From NCBI GenBank assembly GCA_029821875.1, contig JALGXW010000001.1, positions 88,089 through 152,088 on the forward strand: a DNA stretch of 64,000 bases, given 5' to 3'. Shown here one piece after another: positions 9,435-18,726 of the stretch. The first letter of the stretch is position 1; each line of letters starts with the position of its first letter. Made by a program: the position numbers and the translations under genes. Origin of the DNA: Candidatus Hebobacterum abditum (lineage in GTDB: Bacteria > Armatimonadota > Hebobacteria > Hebobacterales > Hebobacteraceae). The notes beneath the pieces were generated by a model. The model was not told where the DNA came from, did no database searches, and saw only the letters and a program-made list of their open reading frames with translations.

Positions 9435-11218
9435 CACTCCGGCCCTCCCGGCGTTGCGCCCGCAGACTCCATCCACTCGGTGAGCTTCTGCCTGCGCTCC
9501 CCGTCATCGTCCGGCAGCCGCAGGGGCCGACCGCGCCCATCGAGAATCACGCCGGCCGGGCCTCCCTCGACCCCCCCGGACCACACGCGGCCTCGTCCTG
9601 CGCCGACATCCGTGCCCCGGCTCGGGCTGAACTCGGCCGGCGCCCTTTGCCCGGCCGGCAGTGGGAGGCGGACAAGCTCTCCCGCCCGAAGCTGCCCGCG
9701 CTCGCCGCCCATCTGCCACTCGAGGATGGCGTCTCCGTCTCGGAAGCGTCCGACCGGAGCTACGACCGTGCCGAGCGGCACGAGGCAGTCGCGCCTGAAC
9801 ACCTCCGTCGCCGCCTCCGGCAGGACCGACGCGAGTACTCCCAGCTGCGGCATCATGAATATCGAGTCGACCGCCAGGCGCGTCACGCCCTGTGGCTCGA
9901 ACGCGTCGATGAGCATGAGGGCGGCCTGCTGCCGGCGCGGGGCATGGGATAGGATGCCGCCGCTTCCGATGATGAGTCCGAGCGACATCATGTCGACCAG
10001 GGTCTCGCCGGCCGAGGCCTGTACGAAAAGGTCTGCGACCGTCCGGGCCTGCGCCACACCCTTGAGGCCCGAAGCAAGAGCTCCATGGTGGGCAAGCGCA
10101 AGGCGAAGGGCCTCCCGCGCAACGGCCTGCTCTATGAGCAAGTCCTCCCGGGTCTGAGGAATGGTCGTGGGGCGGATCATCTTGTTGCGAAGCCGGTTGC
10201 GCAACTCATCTTCCTTCAGGGGCATTGCGAGCCAGCGGCGGATGCCGTCGGCCCCGGCCTCGACAAGCACGTTGCCTACGCTGTAGCTCATGCCGAGGTT
10301 CGCCGACACCGTCCGGTTGAACTGGCCCCCGAAGACGGAGAAGATGTCGGTAGTGGCGCCGCCAATGTCCACAGCCAAGACGTCCGTGTCTTCGGTCTGC
10401 GCTGCGAGCTGCACCATCTCCCCCACCGCTCGGGGTGTGGACATGACGGGCGCGCTGGTCCACATGAGCAGCTTGTCATAGCCAGGGGCCTGGGCCATCA
10501 CGTGTTCGAGGAAGAGGCGATGGATGGCTTCGCGCGCCGGCCCCAAGTTCTCCAGCTCGAGCTGCGGCCGCAGGTTCTCCTCGACGATCAGGTTAACGCC
10601 ACCTCCGAGCACTTCGCGGATCTGATCGCGGGCATCGATGTTGCCGGCATAGATCACCGGGAGCTTAAAGTCGCGGCCGAGGCGGGGGCGCGGCGCGGCG
10701 GCTACTAGTATCTCGGCCGCGTCGAGCAAGTGTTGGACCGTGCCTCCCTCTGTCCCTCCAGACATGAGGATCATATCAGGGCGGATCGCGCGGATACGAG
10801 CGACGCGCTCGTGATCTTCCCGGCCGTCGTCGACCGCGATCACGTCGATCACGATGGCGCCGGCCCCGAGAGCGGCTCGCTGAGCGGACTCGGCCGTCAT
10901 CGTCTTGACGACACCCGTGACGAGCATCTGGAGGCCCCCGCCTGCGCTGGACGTGGACACGTAGAGGTCCGCGCCTGCGTCAGCGGCGGTTGGCGTGCCG
11001 ACGCGGGCCTGCTCGATGAAGCGCCGCTCGGTGAGTTCTTCGAGCTCGCCCACGGCGTTGAGCACACCGACGGTGACATCGTCGAAGGGCGCCTCGACCG
11101 TGGTGGGGGCTTCGCCGCGGCCCTGCAGACGATACTCACCGTTGCGCCGCTCGATGAGAATCGCCTTCGTGGTGGTGGAACCGCAGTCCGTAGCAATGAT
11201 TCGCGATGGGTCTGGCAT
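9434..11218 (-). CDS. Glutamate mutase L (GlmL/MutL-like) ASKHA-fold ATPase
   Basis: TDCGSTTTK phosphate-1 motif, EAPTTVE, TSSAGGGL, ALGAGA, MSGGTEGG, VDIGGATTDIFS, RTVSANLGMSYS. Confidence 0.9.
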   Translation of the reverse strand: MPDPSRIIATDCGSTTTKAILIERRNGEYRLQGRGEAPTTVEAPFDDVTVGVLNAVGELEELTERRFIEQARVGTPTAADAGADLYVSTSSAGGGLQMLVTGVVKTMTAESAQRAALGAGAIVIDVIAVDDGREDHERVARIRAIRPDMILMSGGTEGGTVQHLLDAAEILVAAAPRPRLGRDFKLPVIYAGNIDARDQIREVLGGGVNLIVEENLRPQLELENLGPAREAIHRLFLEHVMAQAPGYDKLLMWTSAPVMSTPRAVGEMVQLAAQTEDTDVLAVDIGGATTDIFSVFGGQFNRTVSANLGMSYSVGNVLVEAGADGIRRWLAMPLKEDELRNRLRNKMIRPTTIPQTREDLLIEQAVAREALRLALAHHGALASGLKGVAQARTVADLFVQASAGETLVDMMSLGLIIGSGGILSHAPRRQQAALMLIDAFEPQGVTRLAVDSIFMMPQLGVLASVLPEAATEVFRRDCLVPLGTVVAPVGRFRDGDAILEWQMGGERGQLRAGELVRLPLPAGQRAPAEFSPSRGTDVGAGRGRVWSGGVEGGPAGVILDGRGRPLRLPDDDGERRQKLTEWMESAGATPGGPE

Positions 11219-11348
11219 ATCCCGCTGCTGCCAAGTCGCCGTTCTGTGCGCACCACAGATGTGCGCTCGGGCCGCCGCCGCGCCCCGCACACCGTTGAGA
11301 AGGCGTCGGGAGCGCGCACTGCCGGCGGGTGCCCGGACGGCGCCGCGA

Positions 11349-11384
11349 ATCATAGCACGTGAGATTCCGGCGGGTCAATTGACA
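11349..11384. promoter_or_regulatory. Sigma70-type promoter for the GlmL-like operon, back-to-back with a + strand -35 box
   Basis: Minus strand: TTGACC (11378-11373), 18 nt, TG-C-TATGAT (11354-11349). Plus strand: TTGACA at 11379-11384 with a poor -10. Together they form the palindrome GTCAATTGAC. Confidence 0.55.
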
Positions 11385-11461
11385 TAGGTTCCCGCGGTGG
11401 CGAATGACAGGGGGCACGGCGGATGCGCGGCACGGCCGGTGTTGCAGCAACACCTCCTGGT

Positions 11462-12385
11462 GTGGAAGAAGACGACGAAGGAACGAGAGATCCCTGGTCT
11501 GGCGCAATGCTCGATCACACAGAATGCCCACGGTGCGGCGCTCCCAACCTCGGCAGCGAAGTGTGCTGCTTCGCTTGCGGAACGCGCTTGAAAGTACTGC
11601 CGAAGCGGTACGGACCACCGCCTGCAGGCCCGACGCCGTGGCCGTTGTGGATCGGCCTTGTCATACTGCTGATTCTGTTCGGCCTCACCGCCTACTATGC
11701 GGTGGGCTGGCTGGTGGGCTATCGAGACCGCGCGGCGCTGCCTCCGTGGTATCTACCCGTGGGGGGACTCGTGCTCGTCGCGGCCGGCCAAGTGGCCTTC
11801 TGGGAGGCGCGCCGGCGGGACGCGCGCAGTTGGCGATTGCGGCGCGCCCCCGAGTTGCCGCTGTCTCAGGCCCATACGGGAGACGCGGTCTGGGCGAGGG
11901 GGAAGGTCGAGTGCGACACTCCGGTCGTTCCCGCCTACTTCCCCCAGGAGTGTGCCTACTACCACTATGTGCTGCGGGAACGCGAACAAGGGGAGGCGGG
12001 CTGGCGCGTCAGCGACCGCGAGACCAAGGCCGTGGACTTCCGCCTGGTCGACGGCGATGAGTCTGTCTACGTGCCTTCGGGCTGTGTCCGCTTCGACGCC
12101 CCCATCTACATGGAGACCTACGTCGATCCCGGCGCGACCATGCAGGTGAAGCTCTGGGCGATCCCCGTGGGGCTTCCGGTGAGCCTCTGCGGCCGCATCG
12201 CCGGCCAGACCTCCAAGCCGCGGGTAGATCGGCTCGGAGAGGACCTGCCCGGTGTGGTAACCTGGAGATCGCCGGCCGATTACGTCAAGATGGTGGCGCG
12301 TCGCGCGCGGCTTGCGGCGCTGGGCGGTTGGGCGCTGACCACCGCTGGTGTGCTGGCCGCCATCGCAGGGATCGTCAGTGCCTAG
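11462..12385 (+). CDS. Membrane protein with a zinc ribbon and a GIDE-like domain
   Basis: CPRCG..CCFACG ribbon, two TM helices, then GKVECDTPVVPAYFPQECAYYHY..DFRLVDGDESVYV (GIDE-like) and a C-terminal TM. Start uncertain (11423, 11462 or 11507). Confidence 0.75.
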   Translation: MEEDDEGTRDPWSGAMLDHTECPRCGAPNLGSEVCCFACGTRLKVLPKRYGPPPAGPTPWPLWIGLVILLILFGLTAYYAVGWLVGYRDRAALPPWYLPVGGLVLVAAGQVAFWEARRRDARSWRLRRAPELPLSQAHTGDAVWARGKVECDTPVVPAYFPQECAYYHYVLREREQGEAGWRVSDRETKAVDFRLVDGDESVYVPSGCVRFDAPIYMETYVDPGATMQVKLWAIPVGLPVSLCGRIAGQTSKPRVDRLGEDLPGVVTWRSPADYVKMVARRARLAALGGWALTTAGVLAAIAGIVSA

Positions 12386-12474
12386 TCGGCCGCGCAGAGA
12401 TGCTGTTGGATCATCCGCGCCTCTCTGATCGCCTGGAGACGCCCCTTGGCGCCCGGGGCGCGTCAGACAAAGAC

Positions 12475-12500
12475 GAAGCCCCGGCGGCCGCCGGGGCTTC
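12475..12500 (-). terminator. Intrinsic terminator between convergent genes
   Basis: Perfect palindrome GAAGCCCCGGCGGCCGCCGGGGCTTC, followed on the minus strand by GTCTTTGTCT. Confidence 0.65.
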
Positions 12501-12521
12501 CAGAAGGCAAGCTACCAGATG

Positions 12522-13910
12522 CTACTCGCTGGCCGGCTTTGCCGGACCCAGATCAGGCAGATGCTCTCTGACAAGGGCCTCCATTTCCTCATCCGACATC
12601 GCGGTCGTCCGCCCCGCATCGTACTCTACCTGGATCGCCTCCACGATCTTGGCGATTCCCGGGTCTGACTTCTGGAGTATGTGGTCCGCCGTGAGGCCAT
12701 AGTAGGCGTTGACCCAGTGGGCGACGCCCGCGCTGCCAGAAGTATTGCCTATGGCGACAGCCACGGGCCTGTTCAGCAGAGCGTCCGTGTCGAAGATGTT
12801 GTAGATCTCCTCGTCCTTCAGCAGCCCGTCGGCATGGATGCCTGCGCGCGTGACATTGAAGTCCTTGCCGACGAACGGCTGGTTGTGTGGGATCTCATAC
12901 CCGACCTCGTTCTCGAAGTAGTCGGCGATTTCGGTGATGACCTGCGGCTGCATGCCGTTGTCATCGCCCCGGATGCCCATGTACTCAAAGACGAGGGCCT
13001 CGATCGGCGTGTTGCCCGTTCGCTCACCGATGCCCAGCAGTGTTCCATTGGCGGCCGCGCATCCGTAGAGCCAGGCGGTAGAGGCATTGCTGACCGCGCG
13101 GTAGAAATCGTTGTGCCCGTGCCACTCCAGCCATGAGCTCGGCACGCCTGCGTGGTGGACGAGGCCGTAAATGATCCCCTTCACACTGCGGGGCATAGCC
13201 ACGCCGGGGAAGGCGATGCCATAGCCCAGAGTATCGCAGGCCCGCACCTTCACTGGCATCTCCGCTTCCTTCGCCAGGCGCATCAGCTCCTGAACGAACG
13301 GCACCACGAAGCCATAGAAATCCGCCCGCGTGATGTCCTCGAGGTGGCAGCGCGGCACGACGCCGGCCTCCAGGGCAGACCGGACAATGTCGAGATACAT
13401 GTCCATCGCCTCGCGCCGCGTCTTCTTGAGCTTAAGGAATATGTGATAGTCCGAGACCGACGTGAGAATGCCCGTCTCCCGCAGGCCGATCTGTCGGACG
13501 AGCTTGAAGTCTTCCTTCCGCGCGCGAATCCACCCCGTTATCTCCGGGTATCGGAAGCCCTGCTCCAGGCAGGCGGCGACTGCCTTCTTGTGAGCGTCCG
13601 AGTAGAGGAAGAACTCACACAAGCGGATCATGCCGTTGGGCCCGCCGAGCCGGTGAAGCATGGTGTAGAGGTCCACTATCTGCTTGACAGTGAACGGCGG
13701 CCGGGCTTGCTGGCCGTCGCGGAAGGTCGTATCCGTGATCCAGATCTCATCGGGGGGATCCATTGGCACCAGCCGATGGTTGAACGAGACCATCGGGGGC
13801 TGATGATAGGAGAACAGGTCCCGGAACAGATTCGGTTCGGAGATGTCCTGAAGCTCGTAGTGATATGTCTCCTGTTCGAGCGTATTCCGCCTCTTGTTGA
13901 ACGCGATCAT
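12522..13910 (-). CDS. Re-citrate synthase (DRE-TIM / isopropylmalate synthase superfamily)
   Basis: IWITDTTFRDGQQARPP, LGGPNG, EFFLYS, PEITGWIRA, SDYHIFLKL, HLEDITRAD, EWHGHNDF, TRAGIHADG. This motif set is typical of the anaerobe Re-citrate synthase clade, and there is no LeuA regulatory domain. Confidence 0.85.
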   Translation of the reverse strand: MIAFNKRRNTLEQETYHYELQDISEPNLFRDLFSYHQPPMVSFNHRLVPMDPPDEIWITDTTFRDGQQARPPFTVKQIVDLYTMLHRLGGPNGMIRLCEFFLYSDAHKKAVAACLEQGFRYPEITGWIRARKEDFKLVRQIGLRETGILTSVSDYHIFLKLKKTRREAMDMYLDIVRSALEAGVVPRCHLEDITRADFYGFVVPFVQELMRLAKEAEMPVKVRACDTLGYGIAFPGVAMPRSVKGIIYGLVHHAGVPSSWLEWHGHNDFYRAVSNASTAWLYGCAAANGTLLGIGERTGNTPIEALVFEYMGIRGDDNGMQPQVITEIADYFENEVGYEIPHNQPFVGKDFNVTRAGIHADGLLKDEEIYNIFDTDALLNRPVAVAIGNTSGSAGVAHWVNAYYGLTADHILQKSDPGIAKIVEAIQVEYDAGRTTAMSDEEMEALVREHLPDLGPAKPASE

Positions 13911-14151
13911 CGGTTTGCTCCTCCGGTCTGGGGGAAGTCAGGAACGCTCCCTAAGATTACCCGAAAGAGGGACAGATTGTCCAGGGGACGGCCCTCCATC
14001 TGTTGGGCAAGAGGCTAGCGGCCCCCCGGCCACGCACGGCCTGGGTCGCTGTGAAGAGGGGCTGCGGCTCTGGCGATGCACGGCGAGAGGCCCGTACCGG
14101 CCCGGGAGGCACTGTGCTCACGACCGACGAACAGCCCGGAGCCATCGCCGT

Positions 14152-14892
14152 CTAGTAGGTCCGGGGCCTGGGAAGATCGAACGTCGCGCTCCCCTCCGCC
14201 TCCCCGTCTCTCACTAGGAGGGAGAGAGAGCGCACGTTGGGCCCTACCGGTGGAACCCCCGGCCCCCCCTCAATAGGGAACCGCACGACATAGTAGTACA
14301 GCGCGGCCGGTGGCGCGGACTTGTCGAACGTGGGACTGATGTCTCGCACCCACTGCGGCGTCTCCACCGCAACGGGAGGATACTCAACGCCGAGATTGGT
14401 GCGTAGCGCGAAGTCGACGCTGGCCGGGTCTCTGTCCTTCGGAACCTGCACCGTGGCGACGCACCGCAGCTCGCGCTCGATGGTCCTCAGCGCCTTGTTC
14501 ACCGCCCGGCGCACGCCCGCATCGCTCCTATCCCCGCCCAGCGCAACCTGATAGCAGACCTCGTCCTGCGGCCAGCAGCATCCGGCCGAGCGGAGGATCA
14601 CATCGGCCGAAATGCGCACGTTGACATCCATGAGCCGCCACTTGAAAACGTCCGCCGGATCGCCCCCGCTTGCGATCGTGCTCTTGCCTCGGTTCACCGC
14701 GCGCGTCATGTCCTGGTCGCTGACCTGCAGAGCAGGATGGAGGGTCTCGCGGCTGCTGCAACCCCCGGCAGCCAGGATCAGGGACAGGATGCTCGCCGCC
14801 GCGACGCCCACTAAGAGGTGGCTCGGCAGGAGGGAGCGGAAGGCGCGAGGCAGGAAGGTGGTGCGACACTGGCCGTAGGCACACGTACCCAT
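14152..14892 (-). CDS. Hypothetical lipoprotein
   Basis: Hydrophobic stretch ending in the lipobox-like LAAGGC. A promoter lies upstream. Start uncertain (14904 or 14892). Confidence 0.65.
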   Translation of the reverse strand: MGTCAYGQCRTTFLPRAFRSLLPSHLLVGVAAASILSLILAAGGCSSRETLHPALQVSDQDMTRAVNRGKSTIASGGDPADVFKWRLMDVNVRISADVILRSAGCCWPQDEVCYQVALGGDRSDAGVRRAVNKALRTIERELRCVATVQVPKDRDPASVDFALRTNLGVEYPPVAVETPQWVRDISPTFDKSAPPAALYYYVVRFPIEGGPGVPPVGPNVRSLSLLVRDGEAEGSATFDLPRPRTY

Positions 14893-14948
14893 GGCTTTGC
14901 TCAATCCCCCACGCAGTCGTCTCTCCTTTCAGAAAGAGACCCAGTGTA

Positions 14949-14977
14949 GGATACCACAACCACGCGCGAAGGTCAAA
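14949..14977 (-). promoter_or_regulatory. Putative sigma70 promoter
   Basis: Minus strand TTGACC, 17 nt, TG-G-TATCCT upstream of the lipoprotein gene. Confidence 0.5.
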
Positions 14978-15198
14978 GTCAACTCGCACGCCGTTCGCGC
15001 ACCTTTTTGCTTGGCCGCTTCGGAACTGCTGTGTCCTGCAACCGAGATTCGCCGCCCCCCGCAGGATGATTGCACAAGAGGCCTCTGGCGAGGCCGTCAC
15101 TCTGAGTGCAGCAGAGGGCTTGCCTTGCAGAGCCCTGGAGCCGCCGTGAAGGTGTGGCGCGTCAGGGCGAGCTGGCGATGTCGTCTTGCCCCGATTGA

Positions 15199-15939
15199 CT
15201 AGGCAGCATACTTGGCGCCGTACGGGCGGTGCGAGATGGCGGCAATCCGGATGAATCCATCGCTGAGGATGTCGTCGGCGCTGAGGCCAAATGCGTCGGA
15301 GAAGGCCTCGATGTGCGGTCGCAGGCCCTCTTTCTCGCTCTCCTCTGCCCCCCGCACGCCCGCGAACTGCGATGCAACGCGCCACGGCTCGACTTCTCCA
15401 CGCACGAACACCTCGCCGCCGTGCATGCCGGTCGCGCACCAGTCACCGACGAGCGGCTCGCCGCGGCGACGGTCCAGGCCGAGGATGATCAAGAGCCCTC
15501 CGGCCATGTACTCACTTAGGAAGTCGCCAGCTGTGCCTCCCGCGACCAGCACGGGCCGCCTGCCGCGGTAGGCCTTCATGTGAATGCCGACGCGATAGCC
15601 GACGCGCCCGCGGACGAACAGCTCTCCGCCGCGCATTCCATACCCGAGCACATCGCCGGCATGGCCCTCGATGATGATGCGGCCGGCATTCATCGTATTC
15701 GCGACTGCATCTTGCGCATTCCCGAGCACCCGCATTGTCGGTCCGTCCATGAAGGCGCCGAGGTCGTTGCCGGGCACGCCCTTGATAACGATCTCGACAT
15801 CGGCGCCTTGCAGCCCGTCTCCGATGTACCGCTGGCCATTCACGTTTACCAGCTCGAGCGACTTCTCGCCGGCCGCCAGGGCCTCTCGTATCCGCTGGTT
15901 CAGGTCTCGGTAGTGCAGGTTGTCCGCGTCGATCCGCAT
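15199..15939 (-). CDS. Glutamate synthase domain 3 (GXGXG beta-helix) stand-alone subunit
   Basis: NVNGQRYIG, GVPGNDLGAFMDG, GDVLGYGMRGG, GYRVGIHMK, GDFLSEYMAGG, TGMHGG. Confidence 0.93.
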   Translation of the reverse strand: MRIDADNLHYRDLNQRIREALAAGEKSLELVNVNGQRYIGDGLQGADVEIVIKGVPGNDLGAFMDGPTMRVLGNAQDAVANTMNAGRIIIEGHAGDVLGYGMRGGELFVRGRVGYRVGIHMKAYRGRRPVLVAGGTAGDFLSEYMAGGLLIILGLDRRRGEPLVGDWCATGMHGGEVFVRGEVEPWRVASQFAGVRGAEESEKEGLRPHIEAFSDAFGLSADDILSDGFIRIAAISHRPYGAKYAA

Positions 15940-15983
15940 CGCTCGCCCTTCCTAATCGGCATTCGTCATCTTGCAGCGCCGGC

Positions 15984-17564
15984 TCAAGCTCCGACGCCGG
16001 CCGGCTTGACTCCGAGTATCTCCATGGTCGTGTGGTCGAGGCCGACCGCGCGCAGCCGCTCGCGGCTGCCGCGCAGGCTCTCGATCGCATTCACTCCCAT
16101 TGCCCCCAGTATCTCCTCGAGTTCGGCGCTCCACCCCCGAAGGAGGTTGGCGACGCGGCGGGAGCCGAGGTAGGGGTCGAGGCGGCGGGTGAGCGCCGGG
16201 TCCTGGGTGGTGATCCCCCAGGAACAGCGGCCTGTATAGCACTTCTGGCACAGGGTGCACCCGAGGGCCAGCAGGGCGCCCGTGCCCAGAGCGACCGCGT
16301 CGGCGCCAAGCGCAATCGCCTTCGCGGCGTCGGCACTCGACCGGATGCCGCCGGCGGCGACGATGGCGGCCTGATTGCGGATGCCCTCGTCGCGGAGCTG
16401 CTGATCCACGACGGCGATGGCGATTTCGATCGGAATGCCGAGGTGATCCCGGATGATCGTGGGCGCGGCGCCGGTCCCGCCGCGGAATCCATCGAGGTAG
16501 ACGATGTCGGCCCCCGCCCGGACGATGCCGCTGGCGATCGCGGCGACATTGTGCACAGCGGCGATCTTCACCGAGACGGGCTTCTCGTACCTGGAGGCTT
16601 CCTTGAGCGCGTAGATAAGCTGGCGCAGGTCCTCAATGGAGTAGATGTCGTGCTGTGGGGCCGGGGAGAGGGCGTCGCTTCCCTGGGGGATCATGCGCGT
16701 CTGCGAAACCTGCTGCGATACCTTCTCGCCGGGGAGGTGTCCGCCGATGCCGGGCTTGGCCCCTTGGCCGATCTTGATCTCGATTGCCGCGCCCGCGTTC
16801 AGGTAGTCCGCCGTGACACCGAAACGACCGGAGGCGCACTGCACGATGGCGCGGTGACCATATGGCTTCAGATCCTCGTGCAGGCCCCCCTCGCCGGTGT
16901 TCCAGTATGTCCCGCACTCCTCGGCCGCCATCGCAATCGCCTTCTGTGCGTTGAGGCTGATTGACCCATAGGACATGGCGGCGAAGATTATCGGCGTCTC
17001 CAGCTCCAGAGTCGGCGCGATCTCCGTCGCGAGCTCTGGGCCGTCATCTGTGATCTCCAACCCGACCTGGTCCGGCAGGCGGCCCAAACAGGTGCGCAAT
17101 TCCATCGGCTCCCGGAGGGGATCGATGGAGGGGTTGGTGACCTGACACGCGTCGAGGAGCAGGCTATCCCATAAGATCGGGTAGGGGAGGTCGTTACCCA
17201 TGCCGGTCAGCAGCACGCCGCCAGTCTCCGCCTGAATCCAGAGGTTCTTTCGATGTGCCTCGCTCCACAGCGGGTGCGGCCGCAGGTACTGCGGGTCGGG
17301 CTGTATCGTGATTGCCTTCTGCGCACAGAAGGCCTCGCAGCGATGGCAGCCCACGCATTTCGCGGCGTCGACAACCGGACCGTTCTCCCAGGTTATCGCG
17401 TCGAACCCGCACTGCTGCACGCACCGCTTGCAGAGCGCGCAGCGCTCAGCATCCCGCGTCCATTCGAAGTCGGACGGCCGGTAGATGGGAGCCCGCGTCG
17501 TCCGCGCCGGCCTGGCCGTCGCCGCGTCCGCGTTCCCTCTTTTCTTCGTCGTTGCGCTACTCAC
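15984..17564 (-). CDS. FMN-binding glutamate synthase subunit with an N-terminal 2x[4Fe-4S] domain (archaeal-type GltB2)
   Basis: CALCKRCVQQC and CVGCHRCEAFC; QVTNPSIDPLRE, MSYGSIS, NTGEGG, ASGRFGV, EIKIGQGAKPGIGGHLPGEKV, SPAPQHDIYSIEDL, CTLCQKCYTGRC. Confidence 0.96.
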   Translation of the reverse strand: MSSATTKKRGNADAATARPARTTRAPIYRPSDFEWTRDAERCALCKRCVQQCGFDAITWENGPVVDAAKCVGCHRCEAFCAQKAITIQPDPQYLRPHPLWSEAHRKNLWIQAETGGVLLTGMGNDLPYPILWDSLLLDACQVTNPSIDPLREPMELRTCLGRLPDQVGLEITDDGPELATEIAPTLELETPIIFAAMSYGSISLNAQKAIAMAAEECGTYWNTGEGGLHEDLKPYGHRAIVQCASGRFGVTADYLNAGAAIEIKIGQGAKPGIGGHLPGEKVSQQVSQTRMIPQGSDALSPAPQHDIYSIEDLRQLIYALKEASRYEKPVSVKIAAVHNVAAIASGIVRAGADIVYLDGFRGGTGAAPTIIRDHLGIPIEIAIAVVDQQLRDEGIRNQAAIVAAGGIRSSADAAKAIALGADAVALGTGALLALGCTLCQKCYTGRCSWGITTQDPALTRRLDPYLGSRRVANLLRGWSAELEEILGAMGVNAIESLRGSRERLRAVGLDHTTMEILGVKPAGVGA

Positions 17565-18726
17565 GTGTCACCTCCTGGCCGACGGTCTGGGCTGAGATCA
17601 CATTGCCGTCACGGCTCGGCTCGCCGATCACGATGTCGCTCCCGAGACGGCCGATCACTGGATACCCAGCCCTAGGAGTCCACACGAGGTCGGGGTCTGG
17701 ACACATCGCCCGAATTCCGGCCTCCTCGCTCGATATGAACAGCCAACTCCCCTTCCGCGCCGCCACCAGCGGCCGCAGCTTGATCCGATCATTCACTCCC
17801 ACCATCTCCCCCTGCCGTCCGAAGATGATGGCGAACGGTCCGTTGACCAGGGCGCTGCCGTAGACCTGCCGGAGCGCCTGGTAGAGCCGGCGCCTCGGTC
17901 CTGGCAGCCGATCGATCTGCTCCCAGAAGGGAGCGGCCATTACATCGCAGGCGACCTCGACGGGAAGGCTGTGTCGCCTTATCAGTAGATCGAGCAGGTA
18001 GGCCATGACCTCCGTGTCGGTGCGCATCGTGCACTTGTAGCCGAACATCTCGAGATACCTTCTGTTGATCCCGTAGGAGGAGATCTCACCATTGTGCACG
18101 ACGGCCCAGTCCAGAAGTGTGAACGGATGGGCCCCCGCCCACCACCCCGGCGTATTCGTCGGGAATCGTCCGTGAGCGATCCAGATATAGGCCTCGTACT
18201 CCTCCAGCCGGAAGAAGTCGGCGATGTCCTCTGCGTAGCCAACGGCCTTGAAGGCGCCCATGTTCTTCCCGCTGGAGAAGACGAAGGCTCCGGGCATCTC
18301 GGCGTTGATGCGCATGACTCGCTCGAGCACGAAGTCTTCCGGGGTGCTGCCGGACTCCTGCAGCTGCAGCGGGCGCGGCTGCACGAAGTACCTCATCAGC
18401 AGCGGGGGATTGACTATGTTCGGGTTCGGGCGGGTCGGAATCCGCTCGTCAAGATCCACATCGAAGTCCTGCTCCAGCAGCGCTTCCGCGCCCTCCTGCG
18501 CGGAGGCCGTATCGAACATCATGTGCAGCGCGAACTGATCCGCTCGGTCCGGGTAGATGCCATAGCAGGCGAAGCCGCCGCCAAGGCCGTTGGACCTCTC
18601 GTGAAGGATAGCGATCGAGGAGCGGATGGCACTTCCGTCCACCCTCTCTCCTGTGAGGCTCATCATCCCGCTCAGGCCGCAGCCCGATACGTTGCGCCGG
18701 CCTCGGTCGAAGCTAGCTTGAGTCAT
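17557..18726 (-). CDS. Class II (Ntn) glutamine amidotransferase, glutamate synthase domain 1 subunit
   Basis: SGCG with the Ntn nucleophile Cys; ERSNGLGGGF, SSGKNMG.FK, HGRFPTNTPGWW.GAHPF, HNGEISSY, DTEV, NDRIKLRP. Confidence 0.94.
   Translation of the reverse strand: MTQASFDRGRRNVSGCGLSGMMSLTGERVDGSAIRSSIAILHERSNGLGGGFACYGIYPDRADQFALHMMFDTASAQEGAEALLEQDFDVDLDERIPTRPNPNIVNPPLLMRYFVQPRPLQLQESGSTPEDFVLERVMRINAEMPGAFVFSSGKNMGAFKAVGYAEDIADFFRLEEYEAYIWIAHGRFPTNTPGWWAGAHPFTLLDWAVVHNGEISSYGINRRYLEMFGYKCTMRTDTEVMAYLLDLLIRRHSLPVEVACDVMAAPFWEQIDRLPGPRRRLYQALRQVYGSALVNGPFAIIFGRQGEMVGVNDRIKLRPLVAARKGSWLFISSEEAGIRAMCPDPDLVWTPRAGYPVIGRLGSDIVIGEPSRDGNVISAQTVGQEVTRE

Noticed and set aside
9434-11218. MutL label read as DNA mismatch repair
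   Set aside because: The motifs are ASKHA/GlmL type, not the GHKL ATPase of mismatch-repair MutL.
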